From Botryllus schlosseri (taxonomy: Eukaryota), in the NCBI GenBank assembly GCA_051294905.1, contig CM119378.1, forward strand, positions 992,001 through 1,056,000: 64,000 nucleotides of DNA, read 5' to 3'. The position numbers and the translations under genes are program-made. Within the stretch, counting starts at the first letter, position 1; each line of letters opens with the position of its first letter. The notes below the pieces were generated by a model. That model made no database searches, had not been told where the DNA came from, and saw only the letters and a list, made by a program, of their open reading frames with translations. Below, in pieces: positions 22,013 to 34,378 of the stretch.

Positions 22013-24667
22013 ATATGCATATGATAAAGTAACAGACATACTCTGGCAAATGACAATCGACTATTTAGTCAACAAAAGTGTGTACATTTATAATGCCGAA
22101 CCAGCAGGCGAAGATAGTCAAGGAGAGAGGTGAACGAAGCCGTTTTCTCACGATAGTGACGGCGGCACCTGTGATGTGCAAAAACTGATCGCTCTCGAAT
22201 TCAAAAGATCGATTGCTATTCCTTTCATCGACGGCCGGAAAGATTGGTGGTCGTTATTAACAAATCAAATTTATAAAATTATCAAGCGACTTCAACGTGT
22301 CTTTTGTCAGGGATATCTAGAAGGAGTTCTAGAGGTAACCCTGGTCTTTTCTACTGTCTGGCTTTGTCAGGTTTTGTGACACTTGAGCGTGGATTGATTG
22401 GAATGTCATCATAAGTCATCGGATGTTGCTTGCGGCCATACACTTAAGTTTGAATTATATTCCGTCCGTACCGGCGAATTGTATTTACGAGTCAGTCCTC
22501 GCCAAGAACAACAACTTTTGGCCAATCAACAGCAAGGTCACGAACTTCCGGTTTCAACCCGTGAACACTCCAAACGGCGGGTGTATGTCTGTCGGTAATG
22601 TTTATTCTCGGCACCGGCTTTCTCGGAATTGACTGGACTCAAGATTATCGGACCATCACGACCTGACCTATCGATTTCGCCTTCCATGACATGCCAACCC
22701 ATTTTTATCGCTTGCTTTTTTACAATCTTCTTTTACTTTTCATTCAGTGTGCAGTGCATGCCTCCTCTTGACATCGCCTAGGCCAAGGTGGGTGTCTGAT
22801 TCTTAAGACTATACTTCAAGTCGTTTCGACACCTTCCTATCTTTTGATTGTATCACACTTTTGTGGTGTTGCTGTTGTAAGTAGTGGTGTTGCTATAGTA
22901 AACCGAACTGAATTGAACTGAACTGTCACCGCCACATGATACCTCTTGCGGATAGCTTTTTCGATACTCTAGAGCAGTGGGTGTAAGTTAAATTAACATT
23001 GAGTGACGGTAATGTTATACTACTTCAAAGTGTCTGGCCACCCTGCTTCCCGACATTTCGCATTAAATCGAGGTTATTTTCTACAGTGTAGTATAATTAA
23101 GGCATCATGAAATGAAGATTCCAATATTGCATTTAAGTTGCATGCATTTTCATAATTGAATTTAAAATGAATTTTGGTTATTGAAGGTTCCCCGGTCCGC
23201 AACTTGTTTTGAAGTTTTACCGGTCCGCGACGTCGGAAAGATTGAGAACCACTGCTCTCGAGCACTGTTTCTTACCCCCGTAGGTCGAGTTCTCAGTGCA
23301 AATTAACATTCACCAAAATCTGCCAAGTATCAAAATTTTTCGTCGCGCGTTGCGCGAAATATCAGCCGGTCGTGTTTGCAACATGTTTCCGTGCATGCAG
23401 TGGTTTATTATAATTCATGGCGTACTTTTATATCGCCAATTCCCCACGGGCTATTTTCCACAAAATGTTTCAAACTAGGTATTTTATCTTACAACGAACA
23501 GCGTGTAGAAGTCGAAAAAATAGACACCGTACCACTTTTAAGAGTGAGCGTGAGAGCCCTTTGCACATTAAAGATGCTTAGAAGTTGTTTGGTCAAAATG
23601 TAAATGCATTTGTATTTGAGTGTTACAAAATTAAATCTTCAGAATATTTCTTCATCGTATCATAATGGATGATACTGTTTAGTGTTGTGAGCTAGGGCTG
23701 GGCACAATGATTCGAGTACTCGAATCTGAATCGAGTATTAATTTTAATGATTCGAGTCGAGTAGTAAAATACCATTTTTTCGCATTCTGAAATTATACGC
23801 TCCTCGTAACTGAAAGTTAATTCATTAACGTGGATTTTAGTTTTGATACTATTTTCCACTGAGGAAACCTTGTTTGTTTGTTTGTTTGTTTGTTTAGCCG
23901 TGTCGCAGCAAACGATACATAGTAGGCCTACAAAGCATAATGCCTGATTCAGAATCGAATCACTCAGTTACTCGATTTTGCCCCGCGCTAGTTGTGACCC
24001 GCAACCTTACATGAACGCAGGGATATCTAGAGTGCTAGATATCCCTGCATGAAAGTTATATCATACAGGTATCTCTGTTCGAAACACATTCATGTTACAG
24101 TTAATCAACCAGATAGTATGACCCAGTACCCGATGGTTGTTATGAAAACCTTGATTTGATCCCGAATATAGCGCATACAATAATCATAGCGTTAGCGTCA
24201 GTGTTAACGTTAACGTTAGCGTTAGCCTGGGGCGCGATTCAAGCTATTTCTAATAGTGAAGTCCCGATCCGAAAAGATAGACCGGACTTCGAACTCTTAC
24301 CCCTTATTTTTTTCTACCGTCCTTAAGATATAGCGGGCACCAGACCCAGGCAATTTTCAAAAGGGGGCGCTGCGGGACCACTGCTCTTGATGGCGATCTT
24401 CTTGTTACTATATGACACGCCGCGATCGAGCATGCAGATGTAACTTCATCTCTATTTTAGCGAATCGACTCAAAATCGGGGTAAAGTTGGCGATTTCAAG
24501 TTGGATTTGAATTTGGACAAATAATTCTCGTAAGTTATTACCATTTCAATTTTGATCAAATTTCACCCAAGACCCAATTTGGATTTCGACGTGTGACGAA
24601 ATTAATTCGAGTTAAGGATTTGAATTTTAAATTCAGGATATATATTGAATTCGTTCATCTCTGAATC

Positions 24668-27600
24668 ATGAATCCGAACGAAACCTTGCAGCTGTATCAA
24701 AACAAAGGACAAGTGAAAAAGTAAGTGGTTTTATGTCGCCACAAAGCGTGTCTATGACTATATCTGTGGTAAAAATTCGTTCAAAATCTATTCGTAGATG
24801 TTTCGGGACGGAAGGCAATGGCGCAGGAGAGATGATTTTACCGCATGGCATTTCGTCAACGGCCTCTGACGATATCGTGGTCGCAGATTGTGGCAACAAT
24901 CGGATTCAGGTTCGTGGTTTTTGTTTCTATAACTGCAGTCTCAACAAGTCCAGTCTCCATGCCAGTATAGAGTATGGCTGGAGTGAAGACTCCAATGTTC
25001 TATACCATTGTTCGCCGGCAGAATGGTCACGGTCGGACGAAGCCACCGAGATAAGCATTGATTGCAGTTGCGGTCGATGTAGTTAACACTTCTCAATAAT
25101 TAGGCCGATCAACTAATTGCAAACGTCTGGTTATGAATGGCGCGGCTTCACAACACAATCGCTCTCCTTGTTCCTCATCATTAATACGCGCCGACACTCT
25201 CTCTGTTCGGGTCATTTCGTCACATAGGGCCGCCGATTGAGAGCGAGTTTATTTGTGAAACCTTCGTCGAGAAACAGCTCGACTACAATAATAACAACTT
25301 CACGCAGGGTTGAGCTCAAAGAAATTCGCTTCTCATTGTATGCCACACAAACATATCTGCTTCAACAATTCTTTACAACGAGATACAAAGAAACAATACA
25401 TTGATCGCGTATCTATTGTTATCTAGGGTTACCATACGGATTTGTCTTCTTTTTTGACTTTTTTGAAATCGTCCTTGGAAGACGCCCTTTTGTCCTCTTT
25501 TTTGAAAATTTTGGTCAAATTCGCGGCCAAATTCGACTGATATGCCGTAAATCAGCACCGAAGTACGTTCCAGCGTGTATTTCGGGAGCTGAGCCGAAAA
25601 GTCGACCTGTTGTTTTAGTCAACCACCTGATAAAGTGAAAGAAAAACTGTATTTCGGGGACTGAGCGAGAAAGTTGACCATTTTTTTTCAGGATTTTCTT
25701 CCGGTTTTGCAAGTCTAAAAATTCTGGAAAAGTGTTCTGTGACTCGCTATATATTTTCAAACGGAAAATCAAGACCGTTTTATTCACACGAGCGTTCGAC
25801 CTAGAGTAGTGTTCATTCCGCCCTACAACTATGCACTTCGTCTTTTATACATATCGTTTACCTTGATATTTTATTGCCTTTTATGTACAGCGCCCTGGTG
25901 TAGTAATGATATATTGTTATATTCGGCGCTCTATAAATTATTATATTATTATTATATTCTTTATTCACAGTAGAACTGGTAAATACACACATAATCCGGG
26001 ATGCAACTTGCACCCAAAGGAAAATGGCGAGATTGGAGTAAATTTTTGAAATTTCAGTAATACAGTCAAATTGTTATTCCTATTCAATACATGGAGAAGT
26101 CAGATTACAGCATTGGAGTAGAGTAGATGAAGAATTGGCAAGGGTTACAGAGCAGAGGTAGAGATGATTGTCGAAATTACAGAAATTATGCTGTGATTCA
26201 CAAGTGTAATTTTAGTCCAGTGGTGCATTCAAGGCAGGGCTTTGGAGCAGCCGTAAATTTAAACTGCTCCAGCTCCGGCTCCGGAGCTTTCTTCTATCAT
26301 ACATTATAGCTCCGGCTCCAGCTCCGGAGCCGCATTATTACCACTGCTCCGGCTCCAGCTCCGGCTCCGGCTCTTAAATTATCGAATGGGCCTGTCTATA
26401 TCAGAGGTGGCCAACCCGCGGGCCAAATGTGGCCCGCGAGAGGGTTTTGCGTGGCCCGCGAGGTAATTTCCTATTATATTATCGAAAATGAATTGCTCAG
26501 ATTGTGAACTTGCAATGCCAACCAAAAATTACAAGTCTGGCTGCGACACTTGGGATGTTGATGACTAAAATATCAGTTCCGACGCATTGTCAGATCCAGG
26601 GTACACATTTGCAGTAAATTGTCGTACATTACAATAGACTAAAATAGTAGTGAAAATTTTCTTCACGCTTCGCGTGTTTAATTGTAACATGATTTCTTGC
26701 TTGGTAGCCTACCCACCCACAACTGAAAATGAAAAAACGCCTAATTTACCCGATTGAGTCTAACTGTATTCGCAATTACGAGAGAAAGTCTTTTCGCGTT
26801 TGCGCTCGCATAAAGATCGTCGATGGTGAAATTTAGGCACAGACTGATTGTCGCATATTATCGGAGACCTTCGATATCGATGTGGCCAGACGCCGAATAG
26901 TCGTGTCCTTGCAAACTGAGCCTAGCGGGCGGTATACAGTAGACCCGCAATATACTCGAGTAATAATATTATTGACCTAGTTTATTTATAAACTTTGAAA
27001 ATTTTACCCGCTTGGCGCGGCTAGTGGACCGCGCACTCGTTCGTCACTTGCATGTGCCCCTTTAACCGAAGAGGTTGGCCATTCCTGGTCTATATAGATT
27101 ACTAATCTACCCATAGGTTAGTTATCTATAGTAATGTCGAGTCTGTCAGCCGTCAGTAACATCCGATGTAGCAACGAAGACATAGGTGCCGCCGTGCCGG
27201 CTTGTGACGTCATAATGAATACTTGTCAATTGTCGATAACATCATAAGTTGCACTAGAACGCACTTTACTCTATGCCATTGCTGTGCACAGCATTAAAAT
27301 CCAGGCCTGCTGTTCAATTATGATAAATCAGCAGATGTGGTTGTTGCATATATAATAGCATCTTATGAAATACGTCGGAGCCGGAGCTACTCCTAAAATA
27401 ACGGGCTCCAGCTCCGGCTCCGGCTCCGGCTGAATTTTATGTAGAGCTCCGGCTCCGGCTCAAGCTCCGGTGAAAATGCACGGCTCCGGGGCTCCGGCTC
27501 CAAAGCCCTGATTCAAGGCCTTCCGAAGAATATGCACAGTGCCCAATAACGTGATCTTTTGGATCAGGTCGAATCGAACGTTGCCCAGAATCTGTTGGAT

Positions 27601-30600
27601 ATGCCTCATGAGTTTTTTGCTTACGACCCCTGTAGCGCCAGTGACTATCGGTACAATTTTGCATCGCCACATTTTCTCGCATTCCATTTTGAGGTCTGCG
27701 TATTTCGACTGTTTTTCTGATTCTTTTTGCATTATATTGTGATCAGCTGGGACAGCCAGTTCAATGAATAAGCATTCTCTTGTCTTATTTAGTTTGATTA
27801 TCATATCCTAGGGTTACCATACGTCCTCTTTTAAAAGGATTTGTCCTCTTTTTTGAGTTTTTTGAAAGTGTCCTCGGAGGACGCCCTTTTGTCCTCTTTT
27901 TTGAGATTCTGTCCTCTTTTTTGAAAATTATTTAGGTCGGATTTAGAGCAAATTGCGAGTGATATGCCGTAGATTAGCACAGAAGTGACGCTCCGGCGGG
28001 TATTTCGGATTCAAAAACGGTTATTTTAGCTCTGAGCGAAAAGTTGACCTTTTTTTTTAGTCATCCACCTAGCAATGTGGGGAGAAAAACGGTATTTCGA
28101 GCTCTGAGCGGAAAAATGACCTTTTTTTAGTCAACCGCTCACAAAGTGGGAAAAATTCACCGGTTTTTGAGAATTCTTCTCCGGTTTTGCAAGTCTCAAA
28201 TTTCTGAAAAAGTGTCCTCTTTTTAGATTTCCAAAATATGGTAAGCCTATCATATCCGGGCGGCTGCTCCTGATTTCGCGGTCAGTTATAACTGGTACAT
28301 CGCACAGAATTTTTACTTGGTCGTTTTCTGTCACTGGTGCTGGGTTGTAGTCATACCAATTTTTTGTCGAAGTGTTGATGTTGAAATGTTTGCATAATTC
28401 AAGATGAATGTAGGGTTGCCCGACATATGAGCATGCGACACAATGAAAAACGGCAGTTTAGCATGCGACGCTATAGCATGAGGACACATTAGCATGGTAA
28501 CACATGAGCATAGGGACACATGAGCATGGGGACACATGCGCATGGGGACATATCAGCATGGTGAAACATGAGCAAGGGGACACATGGGCATGGAAACATA
28601 TTAGCATGCGACACTTGAGCATGGTTACACATTAGCATGGGGACTAATCAACATGGTTACACATGGGCATGGTACCAAGTGAGCATGGAGGCACATAACC
28701 ATTGGGACACTTCAGCATGTTGACACTTCTACATGGTGATATATGAGCATGGTGACATATTAGCATGGTGACAAATGAGCATGGGGACACTTGCGCATGC
28801 GACACTTGCGCATGCGACACTTGAGCATGCGACACTTGAGCATGCGACACTTGAGCATGCGACACTTGAGCATGCGACACTTGAGCATGCGACACTTGAG
28901 CATGCGACACTTGAGCATGCGACACTTGAGCATGCGATACTTGAGCATGCGACACTTGAGCATGCGACACTTGAGCATGCGACACTTGAGCATGCGACAC
29001 TTGAGCATGCGACACTTGAGCATGCGACACTTGAGCATGAGACACTTGAGAATGCGACACTTGAGCATTTGTCATTTCTTAGTGTGTAGTTAACTAGCGT
29101 CAAAATCATGGATTTATACCAGTCCGAAAATGATATATCTCCCCTCCTCCAACCCTAATATCCCCCCTCCCAACTTTGATACCCATCACCCCAACCCTAA
29201 TCTTGGGATACCGTAACCCTAACGCAAAGCCCAATCCTAACCCTAACTCTAACCCTAATCTTGGGATACCTTAACCCTAACCCTAACCAACCCTAATATC
29301 CTCCCTCCCAACCCTAATACTCATCACCCCCAACCCTAATCTTGGGATACCTTAACCCTAACCCTAACCCTAACCAACCCTAATATCCCCCTCACAACCC
29401 TAATACTCATCACCCACAACCCTAATCTTGGGATACCTTGACTCTAAACCTAACCAACCCTAATATCCATCCCCCCAACCCTAATCTTGGGAAACCTTAA
29501 CCCCAACATGGACCCTAATCATAACCCTAACCTAACCTAACCCTAATCCTAACCCTAAGCTAACCCTAATCCTAACCTAACCCTAATCCTAACCCTAACG
29601 CACCTCCAACCCTAATGTCCCCCCTACCCACCCTCGGCACGAAAAAATAAAATAATATAACAAGTCCCGTGTCGAAATGCGAATTTGCAATCGCTTTCGT
29701 CTCACAAAAGGATATATTCTTTTAGTTCGTCTGATACGTGTAAACGATTCCAATATATGTGGAGCAATGACAACCTTTATCGCTTTACCGTGATATTTGG
29801 AGCTTTTCAGACAAATCTATACGGTCACATGCTCAAGTGTCGCATGCTCAAAAGTCGCTTAAGACACGCAAGTGTCGCATGCTCAAGTGTCGCATGCTCA
29901 AGTGTCGCATGCTCAAGTGTCGCATGCTCAAGTGTCGCATGCCCAAGTGTCGCATGCTAAAGTGTAGCATGCCCACATGCTCAAATGTCGCATGCTCAAG
30001 TGTCGCATGCTCAAGTGTCTCATGCTCAAGTGTCGCATGCTCAAGTGTCGCATGCTCAAGTGTCGCATGCCCAAATGTCGCATGCCGAAGTGTCGCATGC
30101 TCAAGTGTCTGCATATCCACGTGTCGCATGCTCAAGTGTCTGCATGTAGACGTGTCGCATGCTCAAGTGTCGCATGCGTACATGACCCCATGCTCAGGTG
30201 CACATTTGCTCTTATGTCCCCATGCCCATGTGTCCATATGCGCATGTGTGCCCATGCTCTTGTGTACCCATGCTCATGTGTCGTCAAGGCTCATGTATCG
30301 CATGCTCATGTGTCACCATGCTCAAGTGGCACTTATTAAATTGTCACCATGTTGACGTGTCCCTATGCTCATGTGTATCCATGCTCGTGTGTCCCTATAC
30401 TTATGTGTCCCTATGCTAATATGTCCTCATGTTAACATGTCCCTGTGCTGATATGTCTACATGCCCACGAGTCGCCATGACCAAAAGTCGCTATGCTCAA
30501 GTGTCGCATGCTCAAATGTCGCTTGCTATTGTGTCGCATGCTAATATGTCCACGTACCGAATGTAGTGACCAATCCTATTGTGTCTCCATGTGTATTCGG

Positions 30601-31743
30601 TAGTTGCAATATTATTATTATTTTCAGATTTCCAAAATATGGTAACCCTATTGTTATTCATGTCATTGTGACGCGTCTCAAACGAAGGCTGAAGAAACAA
30701 CCACAGCGCAATGTTTATTCATCCAACCATTCTGCCGGCGAACAATGGGAGAACAATGTAGTCTTCACTCCAGCCATACTCTATACTGGCATGGAGACCA
30801 GAGCCATACTCTATAATGCTGAATCAACTCTTCTATGACCGACTTCCAGATCTTCGACGTGAACGGACAAGTGAAGGGGGCCTTCGGGAGCGGAGGAAGC
30901 GCAGAAGGGCAATTCGCGGGCGTGTTCGACGTGTGTGTGACGTCACGCGGACATATTGTCGCCTCGGATACGGGTAACAACCGAATCCAAGTATTCGACG
31001 AACAAGGAAAGTTCGTTCGGGAGTTCGGTAGAGAAGAATCAGGTGAGGTGTGTACGAAAAAAGTACCTACAATATGTTTTATGGTATAGGCTAAGGCATG
31101 GGAAGCGGACTGAAAACCACGACATTTTGAAAGTCGATCAATTCTGAACAACCCACAGTCGTCGATGAAAGTGACGCCGTTTTTTGTCTCAGGTCCAGAA
31201 TGGAGGGATGGAGAACTGAGCGGACCTCAAGGAGTAGCAACGGACGACAGGGGGCAGATTTACGTTTGCGACAAATGGAATGACCGGGTTCAAGTCTTCT
31301 CTGAGGACGGAAAGTTCGTCCGGAAGTTCGGTTTCGGTACTTTGAGCCGACCGAATTATCTTTCCGTGACTTATTACGGCGCAGTAGGCTCGGACTGGTC
31401 AGTTCCATTTGAGCTCGCGTGACCTTTTTCCTTTTCACAGGTCGTTGTCAGTGACTGGGTGGGAAACAGAGTCCCAATTTTCGACGGCGTCGGCAACGGA
31501 TCCAGCGTGATTGGGATTGAAGAGTTTCATTTCAATGACCCGCAAGGAATCGCCACGGATCAACACGGCCACATTATCCTCTGCGACGGCGGCAGCAACC
31601 AAGTTCAGGTTTTCAGGCCCGACACAGGAGAGCTCGTGTGTCGCTTCGGGAGCGGGATGCATAAGCCGCAAGGAGTTTGCGTTTTGTCAGACGGGGGAAT
31701 CGCGGTCTGTGATCGAGACCACCACAGAGTAGTAATCTTTTGA
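24668..31743 (+). CDS. NHL-only paralog, copy B, 5 exons, 283 aa
   Basis: Exons 24668-24720, 24798-24909, 30850-31042, 31193-31383, 31441-31743, homologous to exons 9-13 of A and C with the same phases. Open 852-nt frame starting MNPNETLQLYQNKGQVKKCFGTEG and ending HHRVVIF. An in-frame TGA lies two codons before the ATG. Confidence 0.78.
26235..27510. mobile_element. hAT-type MITE (GGAGCC repeats) containing a second hAT MITE (26402-27087)
   Basis: TIR CAGGGCTTTGGAGC / GCTCCAAAGCCCTG with TSD ATTCAAGG. Inner element has TSD GTCTATAT. A relative begins at about 8588. Confidence 0.88.
27809..28249. mobile_element. hAT-type MITE (TAGGGTTACCATA family), intact
   Basis: TIR TAGGGTTACCATA / TATGGTAAGCCTA; perfect TSD TCATATCC. 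Confidence 0.9.
28414..30558. mobile_element. Foldback-type element: inverted arms of 15-bp tandem repeats around a telomere-like (CCCTAA) core
   Basis: Perfect TSD GAATGTAG; GGT..ACC termini. Left arm is (GACACTTGAGCATGC)n and the right arm its reverse complement. CCCTAA-rich tract at about 29150-29620. Confidence 0.88.
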
Positions 31744-32699
31744 GCAACGACATTTGAACGGGATACGTTCCGATTTCATTTTCGTGCATTATAATTATCC
31801 CATAAATAGACCTCATGAATAATCTTGAATCGTTGTTCAGGAAGTGAAAACCCAACAGGACATGAGGTGTGATATACTATGCGTGTCGTATGAAATATCG
31901 ATAGGAAGAGGAATACGTGTAAGATACATCGTGTTTCTACGATAAATATATATGCATGTACGATATAGCCTATATATGTGTGTGATATGTATAGCATAGA
32001 TAATTCAACGTTACGATTGACTCAATAAAATTACAAGTCGTGGAGACAGAACCAAACGAAGTTGTCCGTGTGATCTTGATATGCGTGTGTACGAGATAGG
32101 CTCAAGACGTTCCGCGGAAAAGAAGATATAAACAGCGAATTGCACAAGTAAACTTCTGGAGTCCCATTACACAAGTTCAATATCACAAGGACATTCGCCC
32201 TGCGTTATAGTTAGGGTTGCATTTTACACAAATGTTTTAAAAAAATTTGTTTTTTAGTTGTAAAATTATGCCATAATTGTGTAAATACATTCCAAAAATC
32301 ATGTTGCATTAGCATACGGACAATTACCACCCGAAATAGCCGATGTACATCGATGTGGGATGGTTGACCCCCCCTCCCCCATATAGTCCAGTGACGTGCG
32401 GTCAGGGGGGCAAGGGAGGCAGGAATTTTGGAAGATATACAGAAAATCGTTTTATCTACATAAAATAGGCTTGGGCAATTGAATAATGGTTGATTCTAAC
32501 ACTTTTAAATGAAACAATGATCTGGTTCGCGCAATAACAGTAAACATTTCGTCATTATAGTTTTCAGCGCAAGAAGGGTGATCACTTCAATGTTGACCAA
32601 TCGACGAAGCGTATGCTTGATAATCGTCATAACAGTCAGTTTTTGCAGCTAATTTGCATTGGCGTGCGAACTCCGTACGGTCATTTGCGCAAGTTTTTG

Positions 32700-33330
32700 A
32701 GCGGGAGATGCAGGGGCCGCAAGGAGTTTGCCTTTTGTCAGACGGAGGCATCGCGGTCAGTGAATGCCTCAATAGCAGAGTACAAATCTTTTGAGCAACG
32801 AGATTTTGGCGTTCGAACTGGAGATTTTCCCATTATGTTCAGTTCATGCATTCTTTTACTTTGCGTTCGCGCGACATTGCGACATTGCGACCGGACTATG
32901 TTTGTTGGATGTACGAGACACATGTTACACCTAAGCCTGGTGTATCTCCAACTTCAAAACTGCCAAGAGTATAACACAGAGGTCGGCAACCCCCGACCCG
33001 CGAGATGATTTTTCGTGGCACGCCAAATCATTTGACTCACACGACATATTATAACTATGTTTTTGCAAAAAGTGAAACACCAATTTAAACATGTACAAAG
33101 CTCGTAGGCGACCCAAAATTATTTCGGAAAATATTTCAGAAATCAACATAAAATAGAGTCGTTTTAGGGAAGATTTTATTGATCCTGAAGAATTATTCCG
33201 CGCTTTGTGCGATTTAGTGTTACCTGATTTCTTGATTATAATATAGGAGCGCCCCAATCCATATAAAGAGAAAATACCTTTTATAAATATGCATAATGTA
33301 CATAAATAAGTCCAAACCTATAAGCAATTA
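32700..33330 (+). pseudogene. 3' remnant of a fourth TRIM-NHL copy (D): last NHL blade, stop codon and 3' flank
   Basis: EMQGPQGVCLLSDGGIAVSECLNSRVQIF* (TGA 32792-32794). The following about 530 bp closely match 52000-52555 downstream of copy C. No upstream exons seen. Confidence 0.85.
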
Positions 33331-34378
33331 TGAAACAACGACAACCAAATATGGTGTAAAACCGTGGGAAAGCTTTAGTCCAGTGGTTCTCAATTTTTTC
33401 GTATTTATATGGAAATATGATACTTATAAGTTATTCCTAGGGCAAGTTTTTGTAACTTTTGCAACTTTTTTAGAGCTTCCGACAGCTTCCTAGATACTCA
33501 TAATCTATGTCTTATGATATTTTAAGCTGTTTGGAGGGATTTTATGGTGCAACTTTTTGCAACTTTTTCTCGATTTTTCATGCCAATTTTTTCTGCAACT
33601 TTTTTCAAATATGTCGAAAAAATGTAAAGGAGTGATTTAAAAACATGCTTTAAACTATTTATAGTGTGGTTCTAATCATTTTTATTTGCATAACAAAGAG
33701 CTATATGATGGGTTATCTGCATCTCACTGTTATCTATGACACAATGGCTAGTAAACAAGAAGTTCAACTACCTCTGCCAAGCACGAACGTGCGCGAACAA
33801 TATGCAAATAGATCGCTTTAATAATTCCGCCGTTTAAATTTGCCATTTCACGAACGCCCAGGCGAGACCACCGAAAATTTTCACTGGGTCACCTTTTTCG
33901 GGCTATTGATTTTATTGAAGTTTAAGATGTATGTTCTCCAGATAAAAGAACTGAAACTAATTAGAACTCAAAGTATGATACTGGGAATTGAAAGAGAAAT
34001 ACAAACACTGCGTCTAAAAGCGGAAAATATATTTCATGTTTTGGACCAAAAATTTTCAACGGTGGTCTGCTAAAACAGGTCTAACGCTAAAAAAGTCAAA
34101 GTCCATTTTTCAAGATTAGAACACGCCATGAGCTGCTAGATTACGGTATGATAGGTAATTGCTAGATTGCGAAACAGTCGTTTTGGACATTATCATGGGC
34201 CATATTTACTGCGATGAATATTTCACATGGGCGGCAATTCGGTGTGAACGGAACAACACAACCCGCTACCTATATTATGTTCATCGATAATTTCTTGAAA
34301 ACATATGCACACCAACTGTGCACGACGAAAATTCTTGGCTTTGAATAACTTTTATGAAAATTTAATGTTGGTACTCCG

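Larger units (their letters stand above)
25960..30612 (-). mobile_element. 5'-truncated R4/Dong-clade non-LTR retrotransposon (restriction-like endonuclease domain plus 3' UTR), interrupted three times
   Basis: Removing 28414-30558, 27809-28249 and 26235-27510, each with one TSD copy, gives a continuous ORF: EYTWRHNRIGHYIHLELCK..WYDYNP..ENDQVKILCD..RPDMII..IELAVP..EKQSKYADL..GTVHILRKALNAPLD*. Stop at 26212-26214; (TAA)n-like sequence on both flanks. Confidence 0.85.
25424..30650. mobile_element. hAT-type MITE (TAGGGTTACCATA family) split by later insertions
   Basis: TIR TAGGGTTACCATA / TATGGTAACCCTA; TSD TTGTTATC/TTGTTATT. Body aligns to the uninterrupted sibling at 27809-28249. Confidence 0.8.
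24953..30798. mobile_element. TIR element forming the outermost layer of the nested stack in intron 2 of copy B
   Basis: About 75-bp inverted repeats: GTCTCCATGCCAGTATAGAGTATGGCTGGAGTGAAGACT..CCATTGTTCGCCGGCAGAATGGT (24953-25027) versus 30726-30798. TSD not resolved. Confidence 0.75.

Noticed and set aside
29150..29620. True telomere or chromosome-fusion site
   Set aside because: Repeats are degenerate, in one orientation only, and lie within a transposon inside an intron.
28644..30355. VSHAQ / LEHAT / LKCRM / SSVAC repeat ORFs, and a CRISPR-like look
   Set aside because: A 15-bp tandem repeat that is stop-free in most frames, has no spacers and lies inside a TSD-flanked element.
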